Part shown: positions 26,020 to 35,687 of the stretch, piece after piece
Layout: each line of letters begins with the position of its first letter
How positions within the stretch are numbered: the first letter of the stretch is position 1
The notes under the pieces: generated by a model
Told to the model about the DNA's origin: nothing
Databases searched by the model: none
Seen by the model: only the letters and a program-made list of their open reading frames with translations
Position numbers and translations under genes: made by a program
From: an uncultured Clostridia bacterium
Lineage (GTDB): Bacteria; Bacillota; Clostridia; TANB77; CAG-508
Assembly: GCA_946410665.1 (NCBI GenBank)
Contig: CAMKBC010000003.1
Coordinates: 1 to 55,074 of the forward strand
DNA length: 55,074 bases
Direction: 5' to 3'

Positions 26020-28359
26020 ATGGAAGAAAATTTATTAAATGAATTAAATCCAATGCAAAAAGAGGCAGTGGTCCAAACAGAAGGACCATGCCTCGTTATT
26101 GCAGGAGCAGGTAGTGGAAAGACTAAAGTGCTTACTTATAAAGTTGCATATTTAATGGAACATGAGAAAGTAGCACCTTGGAACATCTTAGCTATTACAT
26201 TTACAAATAAAGCAGCAAATGAAATGAAAGAGAGAGTTGAAGCTTTAGTTGGAAATGCAATTAATGATATATGGCTAGGAACTTTCCACTCTATTTGTGT
26301 GCGCATTCTTAGAAAGTTCATAGACAGATTAGGATACGATACATCATTTATTATCTTTGATACAACAGATCAAAAAACATTAATGAAACAAGTTCTTAAA
26401 GAACTAAATGTAGATAGTAAAATGTTTAGTGAGAAGTCTGTTTTAAGTGATATTAGTAATGCAAAAAATGAAATGATTGAACCAGAACAATACAAGTTAA
26501 TGTATGGTGGAGATTATAGAAAAGACATAATTGCAAAATGTTATGAACTATATCAAAAGAAGTTGAAAGATAATAATGCAATTGATTTTGATGATATCAT
26601 TAACTATACAATTAAGATTCTACAAAATAATTCAGATGTTTTAGATTACTATGCAAGTAAGTTTAAATACATATTAGTTGATGAGTATCAAGATACAAAC
26701 AAAGCACAATTTACATTGATTTCTACACTAGCTAATAAGTATAAAAACATCACAGCAGTAGGTGATAGTGACCAAAGTATTTATCGTTTTAGAGGTGCTG
26801 ATATTACAAACATTTTGAACTTTGAAAAAGACTTCCCGGGAACACAAATAGTAAAACTTGAACAAAACTATAGATGTACACAAAACATTTTAAAAGCCGC
26901 AAATGAAGTAATAAAGAACAACGGAGACAAGTACGGAAAAAGACTTTGGACAGAAAATGAAGAAGGAAATCTTCCTAACATTTTCTGTGGAGAAGATGAA
27001 TATGAAGAAGCATCTTATGTTGTAGAAGAAATAAATCACTTAAGAAGAGCAGAATACATGAAGTATTCAGACTTCGCAATTCTATATAGAATGAACTCTC
27101 AATCAAGAGCAATTGAAGATGTGTTAAGAAGAGAAGACATTCCATATAAAATTATTGGTGGTCTAAAATTCTATGAAAGAAAAGAAATTAAAGACGCAAT
27201 TGCATATTTAAGATTAATAGCAAACTCATCAGATAGTATTTCTTTTGCAAGAATTATCAACGAACCAAAACGTGGAATTGGAAAAACAAGTTTAGACAAC
27301 ATTCAAAAAATAGCTGATGAAAATAGCATCTCAATGTATGAAGTTGTAAAACATGCAGAGCAATATATGCCTAAGTTAGTGAACAGCACAAAAGCATTTG
27401 TTGATACAATCGAGGAACTTAAAGGCCTTGTGTATCAAGAGACTGACGTTTCAGAGATAATAAAACAAACTCTAAAAAAGACAGGATACACTGATGCATT
27501 AAAACTAGAAAACACAATTGAAGCTCAAAGTAGAATTGAGAACTTAGAGGAATTGTTAACTGTTGCAATGGAGTTTGAAAAGGAATCAGCAGACAAGTCA
27601 TTACAAGAATTCTTAAATGGAATATCACTATCAAGTGATACAGATAACATAGAAGAAAGTGATGACATGGTTACTCTAATGACATTGCATAGTGCAAAAG
27701 GACTTGAGTATCCAGCTATATTCTTAGTAGGATTAGAAGAAGGAATTTTCCCTGGAAACTTATCAATGGGAAGCGAAGAAGATATACAAGAAGAAAGAAG
27801 ATTGTTCTACGTTGGAATAACAAGAGCAAAGAGATATTTATATATTACATTTGCAAAGAAAAGAACAATATTTGGCTCAACAAGTTATAATCCACCATCA
27901 AGATTTGTTAATGAAATCCCAAAAGAATTATTCAATGGATATGATGATGCAATCGAATCATCTAATTCAGCAGACAAGTTTGCAGATAGCCAATTTGAAT
28001 GGACTTATGGAAGTAAGTTTAATAAATTTGGTTCTGGCTCAAGTAAAAATAATGGACCAGTAATCACCAAAAGAGCAGTTGATAGTGGGGATATCCCAAG
28101 TGCATCACCAGCCACATTTGGAAAATCTGTGGACAGCTTCTTAAAAAATATGAACGTAGGAGTAAGTACTGCAGCAAGTGCACCAACAGATTTATCACAA
28201 TATAAAGTTGGCCAAGCAGTATTCCATAAGAAGTTTGGAGAAGGCGTAATTACGGGATTGGATCCAGAAGGCGACGACTATAAAGTAGATATAGAATTTA
28301 AGAATTTCGGACATAAGAGATTAATGCTTAAGTTCGCAAGATTAGAAATAATAGAATAG
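26020..28359 (+). CDS. pcrA: ATP-dependent DNA helicase PcrA (UvrD family)
   Basis: 779 aa. LNPMQKEAV, AGAGSGKTKVLT, VDEYQDTN, LEQNYRC and TLMTLHSAKGLEYP motifs. C-terminal Tudor-like tail (GQAVFHKKFGEGVI). Confidence 0.95.
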   Translation: MEENLLNELNPMQKEAVVQTEGPCLVIAGAGSGKTKVLTYKVAYLMEHEKVAPWNILAITFTNKAANEMKERVEALVGNAINDIWLGTFHSICVRILRKFIDRLGYDTSFIIFDTTDQKTLMKQVLKELNVDSKMFSEKSVLSDISNAKNEMIEPEQYKLMYGGDYRKDIIAKCYELYQKKLKDNNAIDFDDIINYTIKILQNNSDVLDYYASKFKYILVDEYQDTNKAQFTLISTLANKYKNITAVGDSDQSIYRFRGADITNILNFEKDFPGTQIVKLEQNYRCTQNILKAANEVIKNNGDKYGKRLWTENEEGNLPNIFCGEDEYEEASYVVEEINHLRRAEYMKYSDFAILYRMNSQSRAIEDVLRREDIPYKIIGGLKFYERKEIKDAIAYLRLIANSSDSISFARIINEPKRGIGKTSLDNIQKIADENSISMYEVVKHAEQYMPKLVNSTKAFVDTIEELKGLVYQETDVSEIIKQTLKKTGYTDALKLENTIEAQSRIENLEELLTVAMEFEKESADKSLQEFLNGISLSSDTDNIEESDDMVTLMTLHSAKGLEYPAIFLVGLEEGIFPGNLSMGSEEDIQEERRLFYVGITRAKRYLYITFAKKRTIFGSTSYNPPSRFVNEIPKELFNGYDDAIESSNSADKFADSQFEWTYGSKFNKFGSGSSKNNGPVITKRAVDSGDIPSASPATFGKSVDSFLKNMNVGVSTAASAPTDLSQYKVGQAVFHKKFGEGVITGLDPEGDDYKVDIEFKNFGHKRLMLKFARLEIIE

Positions 28360-28366
28360 AATAAAT

Positions 28367-28405
28367 AAAAAAAGACTGGGATTTAAATATTCCCAGTCTT
28401 TTTTA
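28367..28405. terminator. Bidirectional terminator between pcrA (+) and mecA (-)
   Basis: agactggga (28373-28381) pairs with tcccagtct (28391-28399), flanked by an A-run and a T-run. Confidence 0.8.
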
Positions 28406-29026
28406 CTAATTTTTAAAATACTTCTGCAATGTACTAATCGCATTGTTTTTTACAACTTGATTTCCATGCTCCTCAATCGCACTGATTTCAGTAGTATCAT
28501 GTGAAATGAATTTGCTGAATTCTGAAATTCCAGAATATACTTTAGCTGTATAATTATAATTTGGGTCAATGTTTTTAAAGATTAGATAGTAGGCATTATT
28601 ATAATCATATAGCGTGCATTCTTTTGAAAATCTATTTATATAAGTAACTTTATTGTTCTTTAAATATTGCGAAAAACCGATAACATCATCGAAACTTACA
28701 AACTTGTAGTAAGCGTTTTGATGTAGTTTTCTCTCTTTATCAGCGCTCTTGCCGAAGCGGACTTTTTCTCTTGAAGGGCCTCTTAACTTGATTAACTTAG
28801 TAACAAGAAACTCGAATTCTCCGCCATCTAAAGGTTTAGCGTCTACTTTTATCTTGTAATTTTTTGTCTTGAAACCGACTTCTTTTTCGGCTTTATCAAG
28901 AAGTCCAAGAAATGTCTCTTTAGCGTTAGTAGAGTGGATCATTTCCTCAAGTGTTTCAACCGGAGGAATATCGCCATCAGAAAGAATTATTTTTAGTTTA
29001 TTCGTACTGATTTTTTCAAATCTCAT
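28406..29026 (-). CDS. mecA: Adaptor protein MecA (ClpC adaptor)
   Basis: Start moved to the internal ATG (29024-29026), which is preceded by AAAGGAGAC. MRFEKISTNKLKIILS..., YKFVSFDDVIGFSQYL, TLYDYNNAYYLIF and IEEHGNQVV..NAISTLQKYF parallel B. subtilis MecA blocks. Confidence 0.8.
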   Translation of the reverse strand: MRFEKISTNKLKIILSDGDIPPVETLEEMIHSTNAKETFLGLLDKAEKEVGFKTKNYKIKVDAKPLDGGEFEFLVTKLIKLRGPSREKVRFGKSADKERKLHQNAYYKFVSFDDVIGFSQYLKNNKVTYINRFSKECTLYDYNNAYYLIFKNIDPNYNYTAKVYSGISEFSKFISHDTTEISAIEEHGNQVVKNNAISTLQKYFKN

Positions 29027-29232
29027 ACTCGTCTCCTTTGAATAAAACATATAATAAAAATGAGTAAAATATGTTTGACTGAATATTATATTAGCGAGTT
29101 TAAATTTGCAATAGATATTTATAAAATAACCTTGAAAAAAATGCCCCAAACTTATATAATAAGACGTGTGAAAAGGAAACATTACGGAAACAAGCGTTTT
29201 AAAGAAATCTAAAGATAAATGAGGTACAAAAC

Positions 29233-29481
29233 ATGAAAGAAAAAAATTGGCTTATACTTTTGGTATTTGTTCTATGTGGACTAGTAATTGGAGGACTTTT
29301 AGGACAACTTGCAGCAAATGTTAGCTGGTTAAGTTGGTTAAATTACGGAAAAGAGTTCGGATTTAGCCCAGTTACTATGGATTTAGGTGTAGTAAAAATC
29401 ACATTAGGACTATTATTCAAGATTAATGTTGCAAGCATTATTGGTATTGCAATTGCTATATTTATATATAGAAAAGTCTAA
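29233..29481 (+). CDS. Small membrane protein, DUF4321-like
   Basis: 82 aa with two TM helices. Sits in the position typical for this family, upstream of radC-mreB in Clostridia. Confidence 0.55.
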   Translation: MKEKNWLILLVFVLCGLVIGGLLGQLAANVSWLSWLNYGKEFGFSPVTMDLGVVKITLGLLFKINVASIIGIAIAIFIYRKV

Positions 29482-29520
29482 TTAAATTTCATTTAAATAA
29501 ACAGGGGCAGAAAGGATAGT

Positions 29521-30210
29521 ATGCCACTTAAAATGAAGGAATTGCCAGAAGCTGAAAGACCATATGAAAAGTTAAAAATGTATGGTGAAGATAAACTTTC
29601 GATTGCAGAGCTTCTGGCTATTATTATAAAGACAGGTACAAAAGACGAAAATTCATTAGACATCGCTAACCGAATTCTGATAACGTCAAATAACTTATCA
29701 GATTTAGCAACGATTTCGATAAACGATTTAACAAAGATAAAAGGAGTTGGAGAAGTCAAAGCAATCCAGATAAAAGCAGCATATGAATTATCTAGAAGAA
29801 TTGCCTCTCCACAAAACAATTTAAAGATTCGAATCAATAGTCCAAAAACAATAGCGGACATATTGATGCATGAACTACGAGATGAAAAACAAGAACAATT
29901 AAGATTAATTATTTTAAATACAAAAAACGAAATAACTAAGAACATTGTAATTGTAAAAGGTGACACTAATGTTGTTAATGTTTCTATAAAACAGATATTA
30001 GCGGAGCCAATAAAAAATCAAGCACCAAAGATAATTTTAGCGCACAATCATCCGAGTGGTGATCCAACACCATCGAGTGAAGATTTGCACTTAACAAGAG
30101 AAGTAATAAAGGCATGTGATATTTTTGGAATCAAACTTTTAGATCACATAGTTATTGGAAACAATAGCTATCACAGCATCTTATCAATGTCTGAATTCAA
30201 AAATTTTTAA
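29521..30210 (+). CDS. radC: RadC-family JAB-domain protein
   Basis: 229 aa. ERPYEKL, SIAELLAIII.TG, HhH-like LTKIKGVGEVKA and the JAMM motif LAHNHPSGDPTPSSED. Confidence 0.9.
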   Translation: MPLKMKELPEAERPYEKLKMYGEDKLSIAELLAIIIKTGTKDENSLDIANRILITSNNLSDLATISINDLTKIKGVGEVKAIQIKAAYELSRRIASPQNNLKIRINSPKTIADILMHELRDEKQEQLRLIILNTKNEITKNIVIVKGDTNVVNVSIKQILAEPIKNQAPKIILAHNHPSGDPTPSSEDLHLTREVIKACDIFGIKLLDHIVIGNNSYHSILSMSEFKNF

Positions 30211-30223
30211 GAAAGGATTATCA

Positions 30224-31261
30224 ATGGACTTTTCAAACTTTGGTACAAAAGACATGGGAATTGATATTGGCAGCTCAAAACTTAGAGTCACATTTGAAGA
30301 CAAAGGCATTGTACTTGAAGAGCCAACATTGATAGTAGTAAATAAAAAGACAGGACAAATAATTGCAACAGGAATGAAGGCACAAAATATTATGGAGCAA
30401 AACCCTATCACATTAAAAGCTGTTCATCCGATGCAAAATGGACAAATAATAGATATAGATTACGCAGAAATATTTATGCGTGACATGATAAAAAAAGTAT
30501 ACAAAGAGTTTAATACAGGCCGACCACGAATATTTGCAAACGTTGCAACAGATATTAATGAAGTTCAACAAAAAGCATTAGAAAATGCACTATATCAAAT
30601 GGGTGCTAAAGAGATATTTTTAATTGATGCACCAATTGCTGCAGCAGTAGGATGCGGATTAAGGGCTGACAAACCAATTGGAAACATGATAATTGATATC
30701 GGCGCAGGAAAAACAGAAGCAGCAGTTGTTTCAATGGGTGAAGTTGTTGTTAGTGACACAACTGATGTTGCAGGCAATGCAATCGACGAAGATATCATTC
30801 AATATTTAAAAGACAACTTAAGTCTTTCGATAAACAAAGAAACAGCAGAAGAATTAAAAATAGAACTTGGTGGCGCAGAGTCACTAATTGAAGAAAAAGT
30901 TTTAGAAGTAACAGGAAGAAATGTTGAAACAGGACTTCCATATACGATACCAGTATCATCAAAAGATATTGAAAAAGCAACAAAGAAAGCAATGCAAGAA
31001 ATAACAAATACAATTTTATCAGTTATCTCAAATACGCCACCAGAGTTAGTTAGCGACATCATGCAAAATGGGATTTACATCACAGGTGGTGGTGCACATA
31101 CAAATACGATTGATAATTTCATTGCACAAAAGACTGGAGTAAAAACATATATTGCAGAAAATCCAGAGCATTGTATAGCTCGAGGAATAGATAAAATAAT
31201 TAACAACACAGGTGATTACTCAAGAATGATGGAAGCTAGAAGAAGGAGAAAATTACTATAA
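30224..31261 (+). CDS. mreB: Rod shape-determining protein MreB
   Basis: Start placed at the internal ATG 30224 (MDFSNFGTKDMGIDIGSSKLRV), which avoids overlap with radC. Actin-fold motifs IDIGAGKTE and ITGGGA. Confidence 0.9.
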   Translation: MDFSNFGTKDMGIDIGSSKLRVTFEDKGIVLEEPTLIVVNKKTGQIIATGMKAQNIMEQNPITLKAVHPMQNGQIIDIDYAEIFMRDMIKKVYKEFNTGRPRIFANVATDINEVQQKALENALYQMGAKEIFLIDAPIAAAVGCGLRADKPIGNMIIDIGAGKTEAAVVSMGEVVVSDTTDVAGNAIDEDIIQYLKDNLSLSINKETAEELKIELGGAESLIEEKVLEVTGRNVETGLPYTIPVSSKDIEKATKKAMQEITNTILSVISNTPPELVSDIMQNGIYITGGGAHTNTIDNFIAQKTGVKTYIAENPEHCIARGIDKIINNTGDYSRMMEARRRRKLL

Positions 31262-32100
31262 TGAAAAACAAGTTTGGCAAAACTAATTTTATAGGTGTAC
31301 TAATTACAACGTTAATACTAGTAATAATAGTTGTTGTTTCAAGTGTAAATGCAGGAAGTAGCTCTGTGTTTAATCAAGTTGTTTCAGCACTATTTACACC
31401 AATTCAAAACGGCTTTGCACATATTGGATACTCGATGTCTGGCAATCCTAATATCTCTGATGTAGATAAATTGAAACAAGAAAATGAACAATTAAAGAAA
31501 GAAAATGAAGAGCTAAAGAACGGACAAAGAGAATTAGAAGTAATCAAAAAAGAGAACGATACTTTAAAAGAGTACCAAAATTTAAAAGATAAATTTTCGG
31601 TATTCACAACAGTGCCAGGAATGGTTATAGAAAGAAGTTATAGTAATTACGATAAAATTTTAGTAATAAATGTCGGTGCTGCAGATGGTATAAAAGAGAA
31701 TATGGCAGTAGCCTGCGGACAAGGATTGGTTGGACATGTAATAGCGGTAAACGAACATACAGCAAAAGTTCAAACAATTGCAGATACAGCAAACACAATA
31801 AGTGCAAACATAAGTACATCAAATCAAAGTATATTAGTTAAAGGAACAATCGGGGTAACACAAGAATTAAAAGCAACATCAATTCCTGCAGAAGCAACAG
31901 TAATGCAAGGTGATACATTAACAACATCAGGACTTGGTGGAATTTATCCAAAAGGAATTTTAATTGGAACAATCAAAGAAATTGTTAACACAAAGAATCA
32001 AACAGATAGATATGCCACAATTATTCCATCAGTAAACTTTAATACAGTAAATACAATCTTAGTAATTACAAGTTCAACAACAGAAAATAAGCAAGAATAA
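31261..32100 (+). CDS. mreC: Rod shape-determining protein MreC
   Basis: TAATG overlap with mreB. N-terminal TM, coiled coil (LKQENEQLKKENEELK), then beta-rich domain with GLGGIYPKGILIG. Confidence 0.85.
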   Translation: MKNKFGKTNFIGVLITTLILVIIVVVSSVNAGSSSVFNQVVSALFTPIQNGFAHIGYSMSGNPNISDVDKLKQENEQLKKENEELKNGQRELEVIKKENDTLKEYQNLKDKFSVFTTVPGMVIERSYSNYDKILVINVGAADGIKENMAVACGQGLVGHVIAVNEHTAKVQTIADTANTISANISTSNQSILVKGTIGVTQELKATSIPAEATVMQGDTLTTSGLGGIYPKGILIGTIKEIVNTKNQTDRYATIIPSVNFNTVNTILVITSSTTENKQE

Positions 32101-32134
32101 GAAATGAAAATAATAAAATAGAAAGGAGTTGCAA

Positions 32135-32668
32135 GTGAAAAAATTTAAAAGCATTTTAATAATAATTTTACTTTTCATAATCATATATTTTTTACAATGC
32201 AACTTTTTTTCATGGTTTAATATAGCCGGAATTATGCCAAACTTATATGTTGTTCTTGTTTTATTTGTAGGACTATTTATAGGTAAAAAAATAGGGGTTG
32301 TATCAGGAATTATTATTGGATTAATTCTTGATGCACTATTTGGAAGAGACGTCGGAATCACCAGTATATTGCTAGGTGCAGTCGGCTTAGCTGCAGAGTT
32401 CTTAGATAGAAGATATTCAAAAGATAGTAGAATAACGATTGTAATAATGGCGATAGCAGCAACTGTTTTCTTTGAGGTTGCTAAATATGCAATTTGTTAT
32501 TTTATGCATGGTATTGAATTAGAAATCATGGAGTTCATAAGAATTCTTTTAATTGAAAACTTATTCAATTCTTTATTGATCATCATAGTTTATGCAGGAA
32601 TGAAAAAACTAGGGTACTACTTAGAAGATGGATTCAAAACAAAGAAATTTGCAACAAGATATTTTTAG
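32135..32668 (+). CDS. mreD: Rod shape-determining protein MreD
   Basis: Small polytopic membrane protein directly after mreC. I prefer the GTG at 32135 because the GAAAGGAG RBS abuts the TTG at 32129. Confidence 0.7.
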   Translation: MKKFKSILIIILLFIIIYFLQCNFFSWFNIAGIMPNLYVVLVLFVGLFIGKKIGVVSGIIIGLILDALFGRDVGITSILLGAVGLAAEFLDRRYSKDSRITIVIMAIAATVFFEVAKYAICYFMHGIELEIMEFIRILLIENLFNSLLIIIVYAGMKKLGYYLEDGFKTKKFATRYF

Positions 32669-32718
32669 TGTATCAGTAAAATTTAAAATGCAAGATTAAA
32701 TTTATAGAAAGGTAAATA

Positions 32719-34770
32719 ATGAAGAAGGCAAAAACCAAGCAAGATTATAATTTAAGATTCAATATTATAATTGCAATTATTTATATAATTGGAATTGTTT
32801 TGCTTGTTAAATTATTTACTCTGCAAATTGTTGAAGGTGAGAATTATCGCGAAGCTTCAAACACAAAACTGACAAGAGAAACAACGATACATGCAACCAG
32901 AGGAAATATACTTGATGCAAGTGGTAACAAACTAGTTTCAACATCAATGGTATACAGCGTAGAAATTTATAAAACAAAAATAGACAACGATACATTAAAT
33001 AAATCATTATTGTTATTTGCAAAAACAATGGATGAAAATGGCGATAAATATGTTGATCAATTTCCTATAATATTTGATTCGGAATTTAGAATAAAAGAAG
33101 GAATTGATTTTGATAATTGGAAGAAGAAGCAAAACTTAGATGAAAACTATAGTGTTGAAGAATGTTTCAATCATTATGTTCAAAAATATGACATAAAAAC
33201 AGAAGACAAATTAGAACAAAGAAAAATTGCGAACTTGCGTTATATTATTGATTTAAATGGATATAGTTCAACGCGTTCGATAAAATTGGCGACACACATC
33301 AGCAACAATTCAGTTGCAAGATTAAATGAAATGAGTGCTAGTTTCCCAGGAATAACAACATATAGCGACACATCAATTGCATATCCTTATGGCGAATTAG
33401 CATCACACATATTAGGTTATACAGGGGCAATTAACGAAGAAGAATTAGCAGCAGATAAAACATATAACAGAAATGATGTAATTGGAAAAACAGGATTAGA
33501 AAGAACTTTTGAAAAATATCTAAGAGGAAAAAATGGAACAAAACTAGTTGATGTTTCTGTGGACGGCGTTGTAATGGACGAATATGTAAGTGAAGAAGCA
33601 ATAGCTGGTAGCAATATAATTTTAACTTTAGATATTGATTTGCAAAAACAAACCGAAAAAGCATTAGCAAAAGGAATACATGATATTAGTTCGGCAACAG
33701 AGGGCGCAGCAGTTGTTTTAAATTGTAATACAGGTGAAGTGCTTGCGATGGCAAGTTATCCAAATTACAATCCAGCACTATTTATAGATGGAATAAGTTC
33801 AACAGATTACAATAATTATATAAATGACTCACGACATCCTTTTATAAATAAAGCAATATCAGATACATCGGCACCAGGTTCTACATTCAAGATGGTTACT
33901 GCAATTGCGGGATTACAAAGTGGCGGAATACAAGTTGATTCTAAAATAGGTTGTTCGGGAAGATACACAAGATTTGATACATATCAACCTTATTGTTGGA
34001 ACAAAAGAGGACACGGATATTTAAGTGTTACTCAAGCAATTGAAAGATCATGTAACTACTTCTTCTATGAAACAGGTTACAGATCTGGAATAAAAGAATT
34101 AAATAGAGTTGCAAGAGCTTTTGGACTTGGATCAAAAACAGGAATTGAATTGCCAAACGAGACACCAGGTGTATTAGCAGGACCAGATAGTGATTCACAA
34201 TGGTCACCAGGAAAAACAGTTCAAGCAGCTATAGGACAAAGTAACAACTCGTTTACACCTCTGCAGATGGCAAAGTATACAGCAATGATTGCAAATGGTG
34301 GAAAGAATATTGATGTAACAATTATTAAAGATATAGAAAATCCAGATGGAACAAAAGTATCAAGAAATGAAATTGATTCTTTAATCAATGAAGAAAATGG
34401 TGTAACCAATAGTGGTGAAGATTTAAACTTTTCAGAAGAACATTTAAAAGCAATTAAAGAAGGTATGAAAGGCGTTACTACAGACGATGGTGGTACTGCA
34501 GTTGGATACTTCAGAGGATTTTCAACAGTACTAGGTGGTAAAACAGGATCTGCATCAGTAGATGAAAGAGGAAACGCAAATGCGTGGTTTGTGGGTTTTG
34601 CACCATATGACAATCCTGAAGTTGCAGTTGCTGTTTACATTAAACTAGGACAACATGGTGCGGCAGCAGCTCCAGTAGCAAGAGAAATTTTAGCGCAGTA
34701 TTTTGGAATGAACCAAGTAGATATTAAAGAAGATGTTTCAGTAATGAACGAGGAACAATCAACTTATTAA
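32719..34770 (+). CDS. mrdA: Penicillin-binding protein 2 (elongation transpeptidase)
   Basis: 683 aa. N-terminal TM, PBP dimerisation domain (RGNILDASGNKL), SxxK (APGSTFKM), SxN (SCN) and KTG (GKTGSA) motifs. Confidence 0.9.
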   Translation: MKKAKTKQDYNLRFNIIIAIIYIIGIVLLVKLFTLQIVEGENYREASNTKLTRETTIHATRGNILDASGNKLVSTSMVYSVEIYKTKIDNDTLNKSLLLFAKTMDENGDKYVDQFPIIFDSEFRIKEGIDFDNWKKKQNLDENYSVEECFNHYVQKYDIKTEDKLEQRKIANLRYIIDLNGYSSTRSIKLATHISNNSVARLNEMSASFPGITTYSDTSIAYPYGELASHILGYTGAINEEELAADKTYNRNDVIGKTGLERTFEKYLRGKNGTKLVDVSVDGVVMDEYVSEEAIAGSNIILTLDIDLQKQTEKALAKGIHDISSATEGAAVVLNCNTGEVLAMASYPNYNPALFIDGISSTDYNNYINDSRHPFINKAISDTSAPGSTFKMVTAIAGLQSGGIQVDSKIGCSGRYTRFDTYQPYCWNKRGHGYLSVTQAIERSCNYFFYETGYRSGIKELNRVARAFGLGSKTGIELPNETPGVLAGPDSDSQWSPGKTVQAAIGQSNNSFTPLQMAKYTAMIANGGKNIDVTIIKDIENPDGTKVSRNEIDSLINEENGVTNSGEDLNFSEEHLKAIKEGMKGVTTDDGGTAVGYFRGFSTVLGGKTGSASVDERGNANAWFVGFAPYDNPEVAVAVYIKLGQHGAAAAPVAREILAQYFGMNQVDIKEDVSVMNEEQSTY

Positions 34771-34816
34771 TTAGTACAAAAGATTATGAAAATTTATTTA
34801 TTAAGGAGAATGCATA

Positions 34817-35443
34817 ATGTATAAGATGAGAAACATAATCAGTGTATTATTAAACAAAGATAAAATAATAATTAGAATAAAAGATGAAGCAACACACGAT
34901 TTAATGATGTCAGAAATAAAAGAAAAACTTCCAATGTTGAAACAATTTTACCAAGATGAAAAAACACCAATTTTAGTTACAGGTAAAATTTTAAAACAAA
35001 AAGAAATGGACGAAATTCAAAAATTAATCAACAAAGCAATTGCTGTAAAGGTAGAATTTGATAGCCCTACAGCACTTGGTTTGCCAGCAATTAAAAAGAT
35101 TTATAGAAAAGACATACAAGCATCATCAACAAAATTTTATAAGATGTCTATGCGATCAGGACAAAAAATTGAATTCGAAGGAAGCGTTGTTATATTAGGT
35201 GATGTAAATTATGGCGCAGAAATAATAGCAGAGGATAATATTGTTGTGCTTGGAAACCTTAGAGGAATGGCACATGCGGGAGCAAAAGGAAATCAAAGTG
35301 CTTTTATAAGTGCCCATGTAATTGATTCACCACAAATAAGAATAGCTTCAAACATACTAGAAAGAAACAAAGATGAAATTCAAACTCAATCATTTACTTA
35401 TGCATTCGTAAATGAAAATGGACGTATAGAATTAACAAGATAA
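34817..35443 (+). CDS. minC: Septum site-determining protein MinC
   Basis: 208 aa. C-terminal beta-helix motif RSGQKIEFEGSVVILGDVNYGAEIIAEDNIVVLGNLRGMAHAG. Confidence 0.85.
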   Translation: MYKMRNIISVLLNKDKIIIRIKDEATHDLMMSEIKEKLPMLKQFYQDEKTPILVTGKILKQKEMDEIQKLINKAIAVKVEFDSPTALGLPAIKKIYRKDIQASSTKFYKMSMRSGQKIEFEGSVVILGDVNYGAEIIAEDNIVVLGNLRGMAHAGAKGNQSAFISAHVIDSPQIRIASNILERNKDEIQTQSFTYAFVNENGRIELTR

Positions 35444-35471
35444 TAAATCGCTATCTCCTAACGGAGACAAT

Positions 35472-35502
35472 AAAGAGACCTGTTTTAGGTCTCTTTTATT
35501 TT
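35472..35502 (+). terminator. Rho-independent terminator after minC
   Basis: agagacct (35474-35481) pairs with aggtctct (35487-35494), followed by a T-rich tail. Confidence 0.8.
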
Positions 35503-35594
35503 ACAAAAATATTACACCAATATTACAAATTAACAACGCCCAGCAAACTCAGTAATTACAATAGTTACACGGCACAGCAAAACGGCAAATATTG

Positions 35595-35623
35595 TTGATA
35601 AAGTAATAAATTAAAAGTATAAT
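35595..35623 (+). promoter_or_regulatory. Candidate sigma-A promoter of the 1615-aa surface protein gene
   Basis: TTGATA (35595-35600), 17-nt spacer, TATAAT (35618-35623). About 65 nt upstream of the ATG. Confidence 0.55.
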
Positions 35624-35687
35624 AAAAGAGTATAAAAATACAACGATAATAGTCGAAATAAATTAAGTATTTTTACGGAGGATTTAA

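Noticed and set aside
29027-29182. N-terminal 52-aa extension of the mecA ORF as listed in the track (start 29182)
   Set aside because: The extension is Phe/Tyr-rich and non-homologous. The internal ATG at 29024-29026 has a strong AAAGGAG RBS and yields a protein that begins like MecA.
29493-29966. 157-aa minus-strand ORF overlapping radC
   Set aside because: It is antisense to a gene with a clear JAMM motif, its sequence is hydrophobic and low-complexity, and it has no RBS.
30155-30223. Upstream extension of mreB that overlaps radC by 56 nt
   Set aside because: The internal ATG at 30224 gives the canonical MreB N-terminus and is preceded by a purine-rich RBS-like sequence. The extension has no homology to MreB.
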